A stretch of DNA of 64,000 nt from an uncultured Ruficoccus sp. (GTDB lineage Bacteria; Verrucomicrobiota; Verrucomicrobiia; Opitutales; Cerasicoccaceae), in contig OZ223517.1 in assembly GCA_965140785.1 (NCBI GenBank), positions 17,484-81,483 on the forward strand, read 5' to 3'. This document shows positions 8,548 through 19,265 of this stretch, one piece after another; within the stretch, counting starts at the first letter, position 1, and every line of letters begins with the position of its first letter. The notes below the pieces were generated by a model, which searched no databases, was not told where the DNA came from, and saw nothing but the letters and a program-made list of their open reading frames with translations. The position numbers and the translations under genes are program-made.

Positions 8548-9636
8548 ATGAAATTACTCATCACCGGCGGGGCGGGATTTATCGGCTCAAATCTGGTCCG
8601 GTATCTTCTCAAAGAGGTCGGCGCCGAAGTGGTGAATGTGGACAAGCTCACCTACGCGGGGAATTTGCAATCGCTAGCCGACCTGGAGAGCGAAGCGGGC
8701 TATGCCTTTGAACACATCGACCTGGGCGAGCCGGAGGCGGTGCGAGCGGTTTTTGCCAGACATCAACCGGATGGCGTGCTACACCTCGCGGCCGAGTCCC
8801 ATGTGGACCGCTCCATCGACGGCCCCGAGGCCTTTATCCAAAGCAACATTCTCGGCACCTATCACCTGCTGCAAGCGGCGCTGGAGTATTTTCAGTGCCT
8901 GCCCGCCGGGCGGAGGGAGAGCTTCCGCTTCCTCCATGTGTCCACGGACGAGGTTTACGGGGCGCTGAGCGCGGACGGGCCGGGCTTCGTGGAGAGCAGT
9001 CCCTACCGGCCGCACTCGCCCTACGCCGCCAGCAAGGCCGCCTCCGATCACCTGGCACGGGCCTGGCACGATACCTACGGTCTGCCCGTCGTGGTGACCA
9101 ACAGTTCCAACAATTACGGTCCTTTCCAGTTTCCCGAAAAGCTCATCCCGCTCACGATCCTCAAAGCCCTGCGCGGCGAGCCCATCCCGGTCTATGGCCG
9201 GGGCGAGAACGTCCGCGACTGGCTCTATGTGGAGGATCACTGCCGCGCCCTGTGGGAGATTTACCGCCGGGGCCGCACAGGCGAAAACTACAACATCGGC
9301 GGCGGGAGCGAATACCGCAATATCGACCTCGTGCGCACCCTCTGCGGGCTGCTGGACGAGTTGGCCCCCTCGCCTGAGTGCCCGCGCCGGGAGACACTGA
9401 TATCCTTTGTCGAAGACCGGCCCGGGCACGACCTGCGCTATGCCATGGACACGACCAAGCTCGAAAATGAACTGGGCTGGAGGCCCTCCGAGAGCTTGGA
9501 GAGCGGTCTGCGCAAAACCGTCCGCTGGTACCTGGACAATCGCCCCTGGTGGGAAGCCATCCTCAATGGAAACTATCAACTGGACCGGCTCGGCCTGACC
9601 GAGGACGCCCTCACCGCCCCCCGCAAGCACTCATGA
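8548..9636 (+). CDS. rfbB: dTDP-glucose 4,6-dehydratase
   Basis: [45 protein letters not shown]. Confidence 0.97.
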   Translation: MKLLITGGAGFIGSNLVRYLLKEVGAEVVNVDKLTYAGNLQSLADLESEAGYAFEHIDLGEPEAVRAVFARHQPDGVLHLAAESHVDRSIDGPEAFIQSNILGTYHLLQAALEYFQCLPAGRRESFRFLHVSTDEVYGALSADGPGFVESSPYRPHSPYAASKAASDHLARAWHDTYGLPVVVTNSSNNYGPFQFPEKLIPLTILKALRGEPIPVYGRGENVRDWLYVEDHCRALWEIYRRGRTGENYNIGGGSEYRNIDLVRTLCGLLDELAPSPECPRRETLISFVEDRPGHDLRYAMDTTKLENELGWRPSESLESGLRKTVRWYLDNRPWWEAILNGNYQLDRLGLTEDALTAPRKHS

Positions 9637-10547
9637 AAGGCATCATCCTGGCCGGCGGGACCGGCACCCGGCTGCACCCGATCACACTGGCCGTCTCCAA
9701 GCAGTTGCTCCCGGTTTACGACAAGCCGATGATTTACTACCCGCTCTCGGTCCTCATGCTGGCGGACATCCGGGAGATTCTCTTCATCACCACGCCGCAG
9801 GATCTGCCGAAGTTTCAGGAGCTCCTTCAGGACGGCAGCCAGCTGGGCTGCTCCTTTCGCTACGCTGTGCAGGAAGAGCCGGACGGGCTGGCCCGGGCCT
9901 TCATCATCGGGGAGGAATTTCTGGCCGGGGACAAGGCCGTGCTCATCCTCGGCGACAATATCTTCTACGGCTCCGGTTTGGGCGAGCTGTTGCGCCGGCA
10001 GCGGCAGGTGAAGGGCTGCACAATCTTCGCCTCGCACGTCAACGACCCCGAGCGCTACGGAGTGGTGGAATTCGACGAGCAGGGCCAAGCCGTCTCCATC
10101 GAGGAAAAGCCCACCCGGCCCCGGAGCAACTACGCCATCCCAGGCCTGTACTTTTTCGACGAAACGGTCTGCGACCTTGCCAAGGGCATCCTCCCCTCGG
10201 CCCGCGGCGAATATGAAATCACGCACCTGATCAATGCTTACCGGGAGCGGGGCGCGCTGACGGTCCACCCCTTCAACCGCGGCATCGCCTGGCTGGACAC
10301 GGGCACCTTCGCCTCGCTCAACGAGGCCTCGACCTTCGTCCGGGTGATCGAGGAGCGACAGGGCACCAAGATCGGATGTATCGAAGAGGTGGCCTGGCGC
10401 ATGGGCACCATCGACGACGCCCAGCTCTTCGCCCTGGCTGACCGGTACGCCCAGAGCGGCTACGGCCAGTATCTGCGCACGATACGCGACCAACACGTGG
10501 ACACGCCGGAGCAGCGGCACCAGCAGGGAAGGCCGCCGGGCGCTTAG
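9633..10547 (+). CDS. rfbA: Glucose-1-phosphate thymidylyltransferase
   Basis: [44 protein letters not shown] overlap with rfbB. Confidence 0.97.
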   Translation: MKGIILAGGTGTRLHPITLAVSKQLLPVYDKPMIYYPLSVLMLADIREILFITTPQDLPKFQELLQDGSQLGCSFRYAVQEEPDGLARAFIIGEEFLAGDKAVLILGDNIFYGSGLGELLRRQRQVKGCTIFASHVNDPERYGVVEFDEQGQAVSIEEKPTRPRSNYAIPGLYFFDETVCDLAKGILPSARGEYEITHLINAYRERGALTVHPFNRGIAWLDTGTFASLNEASTFVRVIEERQGTKIGCIEEVAWRMGTIDDAQLFALADRYAQSGYGQYLRTIRDQHVDTPEQRHQQGRPPGA

Positions 10548-10712
10548 GGCGCGTGGACAAAATAGCCCGTGAGAGCGGGATATTTCCCTCAAACCCTTGC
10601 CAATAAGCAAGTTTCATTCAATTTTGGTTTTTGCCTCCCCCCTCTTACTGTTTTGTTGCTCCGCCTTTTGAGGTTGCATGGGGAGTCCTGAAACCAGACA
10701 TTTTTCACAAAC

Positions 10713-12467
10713 GTGTTTAAACGAGTCTTCAACTACGCCAAGTATCTCAAGCCCCACTGGAAGCTGTTCACTTTCGCTTTCGTGTGCGGGATTATTTACA
10801 GTGTCCTGAGCGGCTTCGGCCTGCCGGTCATCACCGACAAGCTGATCAAGAACTTCCTGCCCGAGGCCGGGGAGGAGGCCATTGTGCGCGAGACCTGGAA
10901 AATTCTGGGGGTGGCGGCCCTGATGCCGGCGGTCTTCTTCCTGCGCGGCCTGACGAACTTCGCCAGTTCGTACCTGATGAGCGTGTGCAGTTGGCGCAGT
11001 ATGCGAGCCCTGCGCAACGAGATATTCCACAAGCTGCAGGAGCTGCCCATGGCGTACTTCGACGGCAGCTCGACCGGAGACATTCTGACGCGTATCAGCA
11101 GCGACACCGGACGCGTCCAGACCCTGGTCATGGCCTTCTGCACGGAGTTGCTGCGCCAACCGGTCATCATGCTCTCCGGTGTCGGCGCTCTGATTTACCT
11201 CTCCTGGAACAGCCGGGAGTCGATCTTCTTCCTGGGTTTCCTACTGGCCAGTGTCCTCTTCGCAGTCCCCGTCATTATCCTGCGCAAAAAGATGAAGAAC
11301 CGGGGCAAGGAGCTCCAGGAAAACTTCGCTTCGATGACCCAGATGACCAAGGAGAATATCGACGCGGTGCAGGAAGTGCGCGCCTTTAACCTGCAGGATC
11401 AGCAGCAGGCCTTTTACGATGAGTATATGAGCAAGTACATCAGCAGCGAGCTGAAGCTGATCAAGTACCAGCGGATTCAGAACCCGGTCATGGAGATCAT
11501 GGCCATCACCGTGGTGGCGGGGCTGTTTCTGTATGCCTATTACTTTCAGATGGACTACGGCACCTTCGCCGGACTGGGCGTCGCCCTGTACATGACCTTT
11601 GATCCGCTGAAGAAGATCCTCGCCATCGTCAACCAGTTCCACGGCTCCTACGCCTCCTTTGACCGGGTCGAGCATATCCTGCAAATGGAGAACCCGATCA
11701 CCGACCCGGCGGAGCCGGTGCAGATCGGACGGGCCCGGGGCGACGTCACCTTCGAGGCGGTCTCCTTCGGCTATAAGGCTGACACGCCCGTACTGCATGA
11801 TATCTCGGTCAAAATCCCCGCCGGTGAGCACTGCGCCCTGGTCGGCGCGAGCGGCTCCGGCAAGTCCACCTTCATGAAGCTGATCCCGCGGCTCTACGAT
11901 CCCACCTCGGGCACGATCTTCATCGACGAGACGCCCAATCGGAACCTGAGCCTGGAAGCCCTCCGCAATCAGACCGCCCTGGTTTCGCAGCATCCGGTCC
12001 TTTTCAACATCTCCCTGCTCGAAAACATTCGCCTGGGCCGTCCGGGTGCGACGGATGAGGAGGTTGTCCAGGCCGCCCGCGAAGCCTATGCCCACGACTT
12101 CATCGACCGCTTCGAGCGGGGCTATCACACCCTGGCCGGGGAAAACGGACGGCTGCTCTCAGGCGGGCAAAAGCAGCGCATCGCCATCGCCCGGGCCATC
12201 CTGCGCGACGCCCCCATCCTGCTGCTGGATGAGGCCACCTCGGCGCTCGATGCCGAGAGCGAAGCCAGCATCCAGGCCGCCCTGGACAAACTGATCCAGA
12301 ATCGCACGGTGATCACCATCGCCCACCGGATGAGCACCTTTAAGCACGCCGAGCGCATCCTGGTCTTTGAGGCCGGTGAGATTATCGCCTCGGGCAGCCA
12401 CGAGGAACTCGTGCGTGACTGCGGCGTCTATCAGCGACTGGTCAGCACCCAGCAACCTATCGTTTAA
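10713..12467 (+). CDS. MsbA-like ABC exporter (TMD + NBD)
   Basis: N-terminal TM helices, Walker A GASGSGKST, LSGGQKQR, LLLDEATSALD; LPS-cluster context. Confidence 0.9.
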   Translation: MFKRVFNYAKYLKPHWKLFTFAFVCGIIYSVLSGFGLPVITDKLIKNFLPEAGEEAIVRETWKILGVAALMPAVFFLRGLTNFASSYLMSVCSWRSMRALRNEIFHKLQELPMAYFDGSSTGDILTRISSDTGRVQTLVMAFCTELLRQPVIMLSGVGALIYLSWNSRESIFFLGFLLASVLFAVPVIILRKKMKNRGKELQENFASMTQMTKENIDAVQEVRAFNLQDQQQAFYDEYMSKYISSELKLIKYQRIQNPVMEIMAITVVAGLFLYAYYFQMDYGTFAGLGVALYMTFDPLKKILAIVNQFHGSYASFDRVEHILQMENPITDPAEPVQIGRARGDVTFEAVSFGYKADTPVLHDISVKIPAGEHCALVGASGSGKSTFMKLIPRLYDPTSGTIFIDETPNRNLSLEALRNQTALVSQHPVLFNISLLENIRLGRPGATDEEVVQAAREAYAHDFIDRFERGYHTLAGENGRLLSGGQKQRIAIARAILRDAPILLLDEATSALDAESEASIQAALDKLIQNRTVITIAHRMSTFKHAERILVFEAGEIIASGSHEELVRDCGVYQRLVSTQQPIV

Positions 12468-12502
12468 CGGCCATTCTCAGGCCCGCCCCCCCAACCCACC
12501 GA

Positions 12503-13297
12503 ATGAGCAAACTCACTGAAAGCAAATTTCGCCTCAAGCTGCGCGAAACCCTCGCCCGCGAAGCCTGGCGGTTCCTGATGTTCCTAGAGCACGGCCAGAG
12601 CGCAAGCGTCAGCCAAAACGGCGAATGGCGCTTCCTGCAGGGCTGGCTCCGGCTCCAGGCGGAGCAGGGACGGGAGCGGCTCGTCGTCCTGGACTGCGGG
12701 GCCAACAACGGCGGCTACTCCAAAGCCCTGCTGGAAATCGCGGCACAGACCCAGGCTCCTCCACTGGAGCTGTTTCTGTTTGAACCCCAGCCGGACCTGC
12801 AGGCCACCATCCGGCAGAATCTCCCCCAGTTGCCCGAGGGGGCGATCATTGAGGCCGGCGTGTCCTCGTCCGACGGTACCGCCATCCTGAACCGCCCGGC
12901 CAGCGGAAGCACCCACGCCTCCCTCTACCAGCGCGACGAACGCTTCACCGATCACGTGGAGATCCCCCTCGTGCGCCTGGACAGTTTCCTGCAAAAGAGG
13001 GGCATCGCCCAGGTGGACCTGCTCAAGCTGGACGTCGAGGGTCACGAACTGGAAGCCCTCAAAGGATTAGGCGAGTTCTGTCACCCGGACAAAACCAAGG
13101 TCATCCAGTTCGAGTACGGAGCCACCACGCTGGATGCCAATTCGAACCTGAAGTCTCTTTTCGATCACCTCAACGGCCGTGGCTATCAAGTGACGAAGAT
13201 CGTCCCCAAGGGCCTTTCACCCCGCTCGTACAAGCCGTGGCTGGAGACCTACCAGTACAGCAATTTCGTCGCCTGCGGCCCGAATCTGCTGAAATGA
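12503..13297 (+). CDS. FkbM family methyltransferase
   Basis: LDCGANNG, FEPQP, DLLKLDVEGHE, IQFEYG. Confidence 0.9.
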   Translation: MSKLTESKFRLKLRETLAREAWRFLMFLEHGQSASVSQNGEWRFLQGWLRLQAEQGRERLVVLDCGANNGGYSKALLEIAAQTQAPPLELFLFEPQPDLQATIRQNLPQLPEGAIIEAGVSSSDGTAILNRPASGSTHASLYQRDERFTDHVEIPLVRLDSFLQKRGIAQVDLLKLDVEGHELEALKGLGEFCHPDKTKVIQFEYGATTLDANSNLKSLFDHLNGRGYQVTKIVPKGLSPRSYKPWLETYQYSNFVACGPNLLK

Positions 13298-14259
13298 GCC
13301 CGGCAACCTCGGCATCCACCCCTCCGGCCGTCCTGTGGATTCATCAGGGCGACAGTTTTTACCTGGCCCACTCCCTGGCTCAGGCCCGACAGAGCAATCC
13401 CGGCTCCCGGCTTATCCTGCTGGGAGATCAGGCCAACCGCTACTACCGCGGGGTGGAATTCTACCCCTACCAGGACTACTTCCAGACCGCCGAGAAGCTG
13501 GGGAAACTTTACCGGCATCGCAATCCCGTCCCCGAGCACGAAGACTGGCTGCGGTTTTGCTTTCAAAAGTGGGCCGTGATGCGGGACTTCATGAAAGCCG
13601 AGGGGGTAAAAAGCTCCTTCATCGTGGACACCGACACGCTCATTTTCGGTGATTTGGGCCAGCTCGAAGCCGAACTTTCCGACTGGGGGTTCACGGTCAG
13701 CCGCCTGCCCAACGGCAAGCTCGCTGCTTCCGCCGCCCTGACGCTGGAACGGGACATTTCTCTCATGGATCAATTGGTCGAGATCATGTTTGAGATGTTC
13801 GAACCCGGCGAGCTTTCCCGCCAGTTGGACGAGGAGTTCGAGCAGCACGGCGGCCACGCGAATATTAAAAACCCCGCCGCCGTCACCGAAATGGTCGCCC
13901 TCGGCCTGCTCTATGAGCGTAATCGTGACCGGGTGCTCAACACCTGCCCCGGTAACTACTTCGGCTCACAAGCCATCGACCACAACATGATGGTAGATAT
14001 GGGCTGGGCCATGCAGGATGATTCCCTGCGCCTGAGCTGGAAAGGTGACCTCCCGCACGGAACCTGGCTGGCCGACAGCCGGGAGATTCCCCTGCTGGCC
14101 CTGCACTGCAGCGGCAAGGGAAAGTGGATGATGAAGGACTTGATGCGCTTGCGCGACCCGGGCGTCATCCGGGACTGGAAACGCAATTATCGCGTCTTTC
14201 TGCTGCGCAAGTATGCCCGCAAGCTCCGCCAGGCAATGTCCGGCGGTAAGCCCCGCTAA
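13294..14259 (+). CDS. GT-A fold glycosyltransferase-like protein
   Basis: FCFQKWAVM...IVDTDTLIF (DxD) and C-terminal LHCSGKGK; paralogous to 15392-16312. Confidence 0.65.
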   Translation: MSPATSASTPPAVLWIHQGDSFYLAHSLAQARQSNPGSRLILLGDQANRYYRGVEFYPYQDYFQTAEKLGKLYRHRNPVPEHEDWLRFCFQKWAVMRDFMKAEGVKSSFIVDTDTLIFGDLGQLEAELSDWGFTVSRLPNGKLAASAALTLERDISLMDQLVEIMFEMFEPGELSRQLDEEFEQHGGHANIKNPAAVTEMVALGLLYERNRDRVLNTCPGNYFGSQAIDHNMMVDMGWAMQDDSLRLSWKGDLPHGTWLADSREIPLLALHCSGKGKWMMKDLMRLRDPGVIRDWKRNYRVFLLRKYARKLRQAMSGGKPR

Positions 14260-14346
14260 TCCCCATCGGTCTCAGGGGGCACATGGGTGGGATCAACTTT
14301 GATTTGCCCTGGTCCGGCTCGACTCATGTAGTAAAGGCATTCGATT

Positions 14347-15261
14347 ATGAGTTCCTCCACCAACTCAAAACCAACCGTCCCCAGTCACTACGCTGGTAAA
14401 CCGATTCTCAGCATCCCTGAGACGATCGAGAAAATTCGCCAGACCGTCGCTGACGGCACGCCTGCGGCGATTGGAAAAATCGGCGGCACCGAGTGCAAGT
14501 GCCTGCGCTTCGGTGAACGCTGGTTCCGCCCGCCTTTTCCCTACAATCTGAGCTGGAAGCGCCCCGGTCGTACGCTCTACGAGCTCTCCGGCGTCTATCC
14601 CATGCGCAAGGATATCTTTTACCGTATGGTACGGCTGTACCGGGAACTATTGCCGAAAATGGACCTGCTGATCGCCTGGTTTAACAAGGGCGAAGAGCAC
14701 CTCATCCGCAAGTACGCCCCGGCAGCGACCCTCATCCCCTTTCGCGGGATGGACTGCATCAACCAAACAGAAGTCCCCCCGTGGACTCAGGCGCTGGCGG
14801 GCAAACGCGTCCTGGTGATCTCGCCCTTTACCGAGAGCATTATTGAGCAGTACCGCAAGCGGGACTTGATCTGGGAGCGCCATCCGCATTGCGTGCTGCC
14901 TGAGTTCGAACTCAGGGGGTTGAAGGTGCCGCTGTATTCCCACATGCTTGATCAGCCGCCCTACCCCGACTGGTTCAGCGCTCTCGACGCCCTCAAGAGA
15001 CAGATAGACCAGATCGAATATGACATCGTACTGGTGGGAGCCGGAGCCTGGTCGCTTCCCCTGTGTACCCACGCCCGCGATAACGGCAAGATCGGCATCC
15101 ACCTGGGTGGCTCCACCCAGGTCTGGTTCGGCGTAGCCGGCAAGCGCTGGACCGAAGCTGATACCCCCTTCACCCCCTATATCAACGAACACTGGACCAC
15201 GCCCAGCGGCGAGGAGAAACCCACCCGGATAGACGTGGTCGAACATGGCTGCTACTGGTAA
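14347..15261 (+). CDS. Surface-glycan biosynthesis protein (GT-D-fold-like)
   Basis: KIGGTE, LAGKRVLVISPF, DIVLVGAGAWSLPLC, IHLGG, C-terminal GCYW; typical of glycan clusters. Confidence 0.6.
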   Translation: MSSSTNSKPTVPSHYAGKPILSIPETIEKIRQTVADGTPAAIGKIGGTECKCLRFGERWFRPPFPYNLSWKRPGRTLYELSGVYPMRKDIFYRMVRLYRELLPKMDLLIAWFNKGEEHLIRKYAPAATLIPFRGMDCINQTEVPPWTQALAGKRVLVISPFTESIIEQYRKRDLIWERHPHCVLPEFELRGLKVPLYSHMLDQPPYPDWFSALDALKRQIDQIEYDIVLVGAGAWSLPLCTHARDNGKIGIHLGGSTQVWFGVAGKRWTEADTPFTPYINEHWTTPSGEEKPTRIDVVEHGCYW

Positions 15262-15391
15262 ATGCTTCGGACGCCCGCACGGTCTCCCTCCCACCCGCCA
15301 ATAAGCCATTGACCCGGAAAAATGGCCGCCCATCATGCCCTCAACGTCCGCCCTCCCCCAATGAGCTGCGAGACCTCACCGATCTGATAAC

Positions 15392-16312
15392 ATGACCCGC
15401 CCGTTTTCCGTGGAGACATCACCACCCGCATTCGTCTTTTTCCATTACGGCAAGCTGCCCACCTACCTCAGGTTCGCTATCGAGAGCGTTCGCAGCTCCC
15501 ACTCCGAGGCGGAAATCATCCTGGTCAGCCAACACTCCGCCCCCTGGCTCGAACAGTACGGGGTCCAGCGACGCGACTTCGCCTCGCTGCCTTCCCCGGA
15601 ACTTGAACGCTTTAAAAAGAGCTACCGGCACATCTCTGTCTTTGACGAGTTCTACGAGCGCTTCGTACTGGAGCGCTGGTACATGCTGGAAACCCTTCGG
15701 CAGGAACGCAACGGGCAGATCCTGATCCTGGCCGACAGCGATGTAATGGTCTTCGGCGACGTCCGGCCCTTTCTGGCCGAATTGGGTGATAAATCTCTTT
15801 ATTGCTGCGGATGGTCGCCGCACTTCTCCGTCGTCAAAGGGCCATTAACCGGCTTTCTGGACCACATCCAGTCCCGTTACGAAGACGAGGAATACCTCGC
15901 CAACGCGCAAAGGCTCTTCGACGAGGCCCGAAAAAAGAAGCAGCTCAAGACGCTCGGCGAAATGCAGCTCTTTTACGAATACATCTCTTCCGGACAAGAC
16001 GGCCAGCACTACAACAAAGTCTCCGGCGCGGGCTATCTGGACATCAACATCCATGTGCCGGACGGCTACGTCAGCGCAAAAATCGGACGCCGCCGAATCA
16101 AGTGCGTCCGCTGGCAAGAGCAGGATGGCCGCCTCATCCCGCTGCTCAAGCATGAACAAACCAACGAGATTATCCCCGCGCTGACACTGCACTTCCAGGG
16201 CCCGGCGAAGAAGCGCATGCGCAGCTTCAACCCGTGGCCCGCTCCCGCCAAGTCCCCCTCCGGCTGGCAGCGTTGGCGCCTCAACCGAGCCCTGCCTGCC
16301 TGGCCCGCCTAG
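15392..16312 (+). CDS. GT-A fold glycosyltransferase-like protein
   Basis: FVLERWYML...ADSDVMVF (DxD), LHFQGPAK. Confidence 0.65.
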   Translation: MTRPFSVETSPPAFVFFHYGKLPTYLRFAIESVRSSHSEAEIILVSQHSAPWLEQYGVQRRDFASLPSPELERFKKSYRHISVFDEFYERFVLERWYMLETLRQERNGQILILADSDVMVFGDVRPFLAELGDKSLYCCGWSPHFSVVKGPLTGFLDHIQSRYEDEEYLANAQRLFDEARKKKQLKTLGEMQLFYEYISSGQDGQHYNKVSGAGYLDINIHVPDGYVSAKIGRRRIKCVRWQEQDGRLIPLLKHEQTNEIIPALTLHFQGPAKKRMRSFNPWPAPAKSPSGWQRWRLNRALPAWPA

Positions 16313-16323
16313 AACACCCAGCC

Positions 16324-17268
16324 ATGAGCGAAGCGCCCGCGCAAACTCCAGCCAACCGGGAAAATCCCACGCCTGCCCCCCCCCGGAAGCGCCCCGTGTC
16401 GACGCCCACCGTCGCCATCATCAACCGCAGCGGCCGCTTCGGCAACCGTCTCCAGTGCAGCGCCTATGTCCTGGCTGCCGCGCTTGAGTACGGGTTCAAG
16501 GTCAAACTATTCAGCCTGGAGGGCTATGAGCGCAGCCTGAGCCAGTACGCCCGCCGTCCCCTGCGTACACTCTTTAACCGGCTGCAACGCAAAATCCTCG
16601 ACCAGGTGGCGCAGTCGGATACATTCCAGCGCCTTCTCGGCATCCGCCTGCTTGAGGGGGAAAAAGACGCGCCGCTTATCCTCTCCTCGCAGGAAGCGCT
16701 ATCCGAGGTCTTCAGCCACCGTCTGACGCTCTTGACCAGTTTCTACGTTTACTGTCACCCGAGTATTTTACAAAAGCACCGCCCCGAACTCGAAAAGCGC
16801 CTCGGGCTGCGTCCCGCCCGCACCGAGCGCAAGTACGTCGAACAGGTCCGAGCCGAGGCGCGTGGCCATCTCATCGGCATCCACATCCGCCGGGGCGACT
16901 ACAAAGAGTACGGCGGGGGCGAGTTCTACTACCCGCTGAGCCAGTACGAGAGCCTGGCCCGCTCCCTCGAACAAGAAGCCGGAGCAGACGGTGCGACCTT
17001 CCTCATCTGTTCGGACGAGAAAATCCCCGAGACCGCCTTCAGCGGGCTGGACTGGCGGCCAGGCCCCGGTTCGCTCACCGGCGACATGTACGGGCTGACC
17101 CGGTGCGATTACATCATGGGTCCTCCCTCCACTTTCAACCGCTGGTGCGCCTTCATCGCCGGTGTTCCCCGCTATCAGATAACCAAGGACGATCACCAAT
17201 TGCGCTTTGAAGATTTCAAGCCCCAGGGCGACCTGGAATCCCAGGGCTACTGGGACGCGACGGGCTGA
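16324..17268 (+). CDS. Alpha-1,2-fucosyltransferase family (GT11) protein
   Basis: GRFGNRL, IGIHIRRGDY, ICSDE, PSTFNRW. Confidence 0.85.
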   Translation: MSEAPAQTPANRENPTPAPPRKRPVSTPTVAIINRSGRFGNRLQCSAYVLAAALEYGFKVKLFSLEGYERSLSQYARRPLRTLFNRLQRKILDQVAQSDTFQRLLGIRLLEGEKDAPLILSSQEALSEVFSHRLTLLTSFYVYCHPSILQKHRPELEKRLGLRPARTERKYVEQVRAEARGHLIGIHIRRGDYKEYGGGEFYYPLSQYESLARSLEQEAGADGATFLICSDEKIPETAFSGLDWRPGPGSLTGDMYGLTRCDYIMGPPSTFNRWCAFIAGVPRYQITKDDHQLRFEDFKPQGDLESQGYWDATG

Positions 17269-17311
17269 GATAAATGTTCTACAACCCTCTTTTCGACCAA
17301 CCATTCTTGCC

Positions 17312-18097
17312 ATGAGCACCCAATCCACCTGTCGAGTCTGCGGCACCGAGGCTGTGCCTTTTTTCCAGAAGCAACTGGCGAAAAAATATCAGGTTGATTT
17401 CTACCGCTGCCCCGACTGCGGTCATATCCAGACCGAACCGCCCTACTGGCTCGAAGAGGTTTACGCCAACCTGAGCTTCGCCCCCGACACGGGCATGGTC
17501 TCGCGCTCAGTCGGCATGGGGCAGTTGACCGTAGCGCTGGCCAGCCGGTTAGGCATTAGCGGAGAGGAGCCCTGCCTGGATTTCGGCGCGGGCACCGGCA
17601 TGATGGTGCGCCTGTGCCGGGACTACGGCATGAACTATCATTATTATGACCGCTACGCCACGAACGTGTTTGCCATCGGCTTCGAGGCGGACCGTCTACC
17701 GCCGGGTACGAAACCGCGTCTGGTCACAGCTTTTGAAGTGGCGGAGCACTTCCCCGATCCGCTGGAGAATTTTAAGGAGATCTTCGCCTTCGAACCGGAG
17801 CACGTGTTCATCAGCACCTGCCTCTACACCGGCCAGGGGCCGGACTGGTGGTACTTTCTGGACGACGGTCAACACGTAGCCATCTATACCGAGGAGAGCC
17901 TCCGTCGCGTTGGGCGTCACTTCGGCTACAGCCTTTCCAGCGATTACGACATCCACCTGTTCTCCAAAAGCCCAGTCCCCTCCAGCATACTCAAGAAGAT
18001 CCGGCGCAATACCCCCAAGCAGTGCAAACGTTACTGCAAGCGCCATGGCAGCCGCACCGTGGACGACGCCGAATACGCGCGTAAACACCTCTGCTGA
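17312..18097 (+). CDS. Class I SAM-dependent methyltransferase with N-terminal zinc ribbon
   Basis: CRVC...CPDC, LDFGAGTG, FEVAEHF. Confidence 0.88.
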   Translation: MSTQSTCRVCGTEAVPFFQKQLAKKYQVDFYRCPDCGHIQTEPPYWLEEVYANLSFAPDTGMVSRSVGMGQLTVALASRLGISGEEPCLDFGAGTGMMVRLCRDYGMNYHYYDRYATNVFAIGFEADRLPPGTKPRLVTAFEVAEHFPDPLENFKEIFAFEPEHVFISTCLYTGQGPDWWYFLDDGQHVAIYTEESLRRVGRHFGYSLSSDYDIHLFSKSPVPSSILKKIRRNTPKQCKRYCKRHGSRTVDDAEYARKHLC

Positions 18098-18121
18098 GCC
18101 TAGGTCGGTGCCCGAAGACGC

Positions 18122-19039
18122 TCAACGCCGGAAGAGCATGGCCACCCGGTAGGAAAGCCATCGACGCCAGCTCTTGAAGAAGCCTCCGTCATCCACCGCA
18201 TGAGCGGCACCGACAGCGGCGTCGATTTGCGGGTCGCTCGCAGGTTCGGGCAGAGTGGCTACGTCATGAGTGGGCATAGTCGGCTCCCCGAAGGTCTGGG
18301 CCTCGTCCGCGCAATTCTCCCCCGACCCGTCAAAGCCGACATTCTCGACCAGGATGTCCCGGCAGCACAGGTGCCTCCAGTCCCGTGCCAATGTGTGCAG
18401 CGCGACCTTGAAGGCCCACAGGTTGGCATTCCTGCCCAGGTAATGGCTGCGGACCAACCACGGAAAATCCCCCCCGCTGTGGGTGGGAACCTTCCAGTAC
18501 TGGCGGTAGGGGATACGGCCCGCCGTCACCTCTGCGGAGATTTCGTGCCAACGGTCAGCCCAGGTGGCCCAGCCCCAGCAGAAAAACCGTCGGCTCAAAA
18601 ACAGCTCGGGTAAAGGTCTGTCGTAATCTTTGAGCGCGTGATAAGCGCTGACCGAAAAAATCTCCTTGCGCAGAGCAAAGCGTTCCAGCGCCGAGGTCAT
18701 GTACTCAAAAAAACCGGCCCGCGGCACAATGTCGTCTTCCAGCACGATAATCGTCTCGTGTCGGGCCAGGACATGGTTCAGTCCTCCGACCAGATTCCCG
18801 GCCAGACCCACATTTTTCTCGCGCAGAATTACCTCCTGCGGGAACCCGCCGTCGAAGGCCTGGACGACCCGGCGATTTTCCTCCACCGCTTCCCGGTCGG
18901 TCTCGCTGCGGGGGCCGTCACAGAAATGATAGAGGCGGTCGATTTTGGCACCTTCGAGTGCCCGCAGGACTGTCCGGAGCTTGTCCGCCCGCTTGTAGGA
19001 AAAAACTGCTACTACTGTCTCCATCCGACTCTGGTCCAA
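18122..19039 (-). CDS. Nucleotide-diphospho-sugar transferase (GT-A/GT2-like)
   Basis: FCDGPR, NVGLA, IVLEDD, CWGWATWADRW, ENVGFD. Confidence 0.85.
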   Translation of the reverse strand: MDQSRMETVVAVFSYKRADKLRTVLRALEGAKIDRLYHFCDGPRSETDREAVEENRRVVQAFDGGFPQEVILREKNVGLAGNLVGGLNHVLARHETIIVLEDDIVPRAGFFEYMTSALERFALRKEIFSVSAYHALKDYDRPLPELFLSRRFFCWGWATWADRWHEISAEVTAGRIPYRQYWKVPTHSGGDFPWLVRSHYLGRNANLWAFKVALHTLARDWRHLCCRDILVENVGFDGSGENCADEAQTFGEPTMPTHDVATLPEPASDPQIDAAVGAAHAVDDGGFFKSWRRWLSYRVAMLFRR

Positions 19040-19265
19040 AGTGTTTACGCATGCCCACAGGGCCGCATCCGCAAAACAAAAGACTCTATAGCAGGGTTAT
19101 GTCAAAATCCAGCACAACCTTGACCGCGGTTTCACACAGGCACCGGACGCCCGTGCGCTATAGGCTTGCCTTAACCGTCCGAAAAAAAGGATGCTGAACG
19201 TTTAAAATGCCCCGAGCACCTTTCGCCGGCCAGCGCCGAGACTCCGGGCCTTTCCGAGAAGCGCC

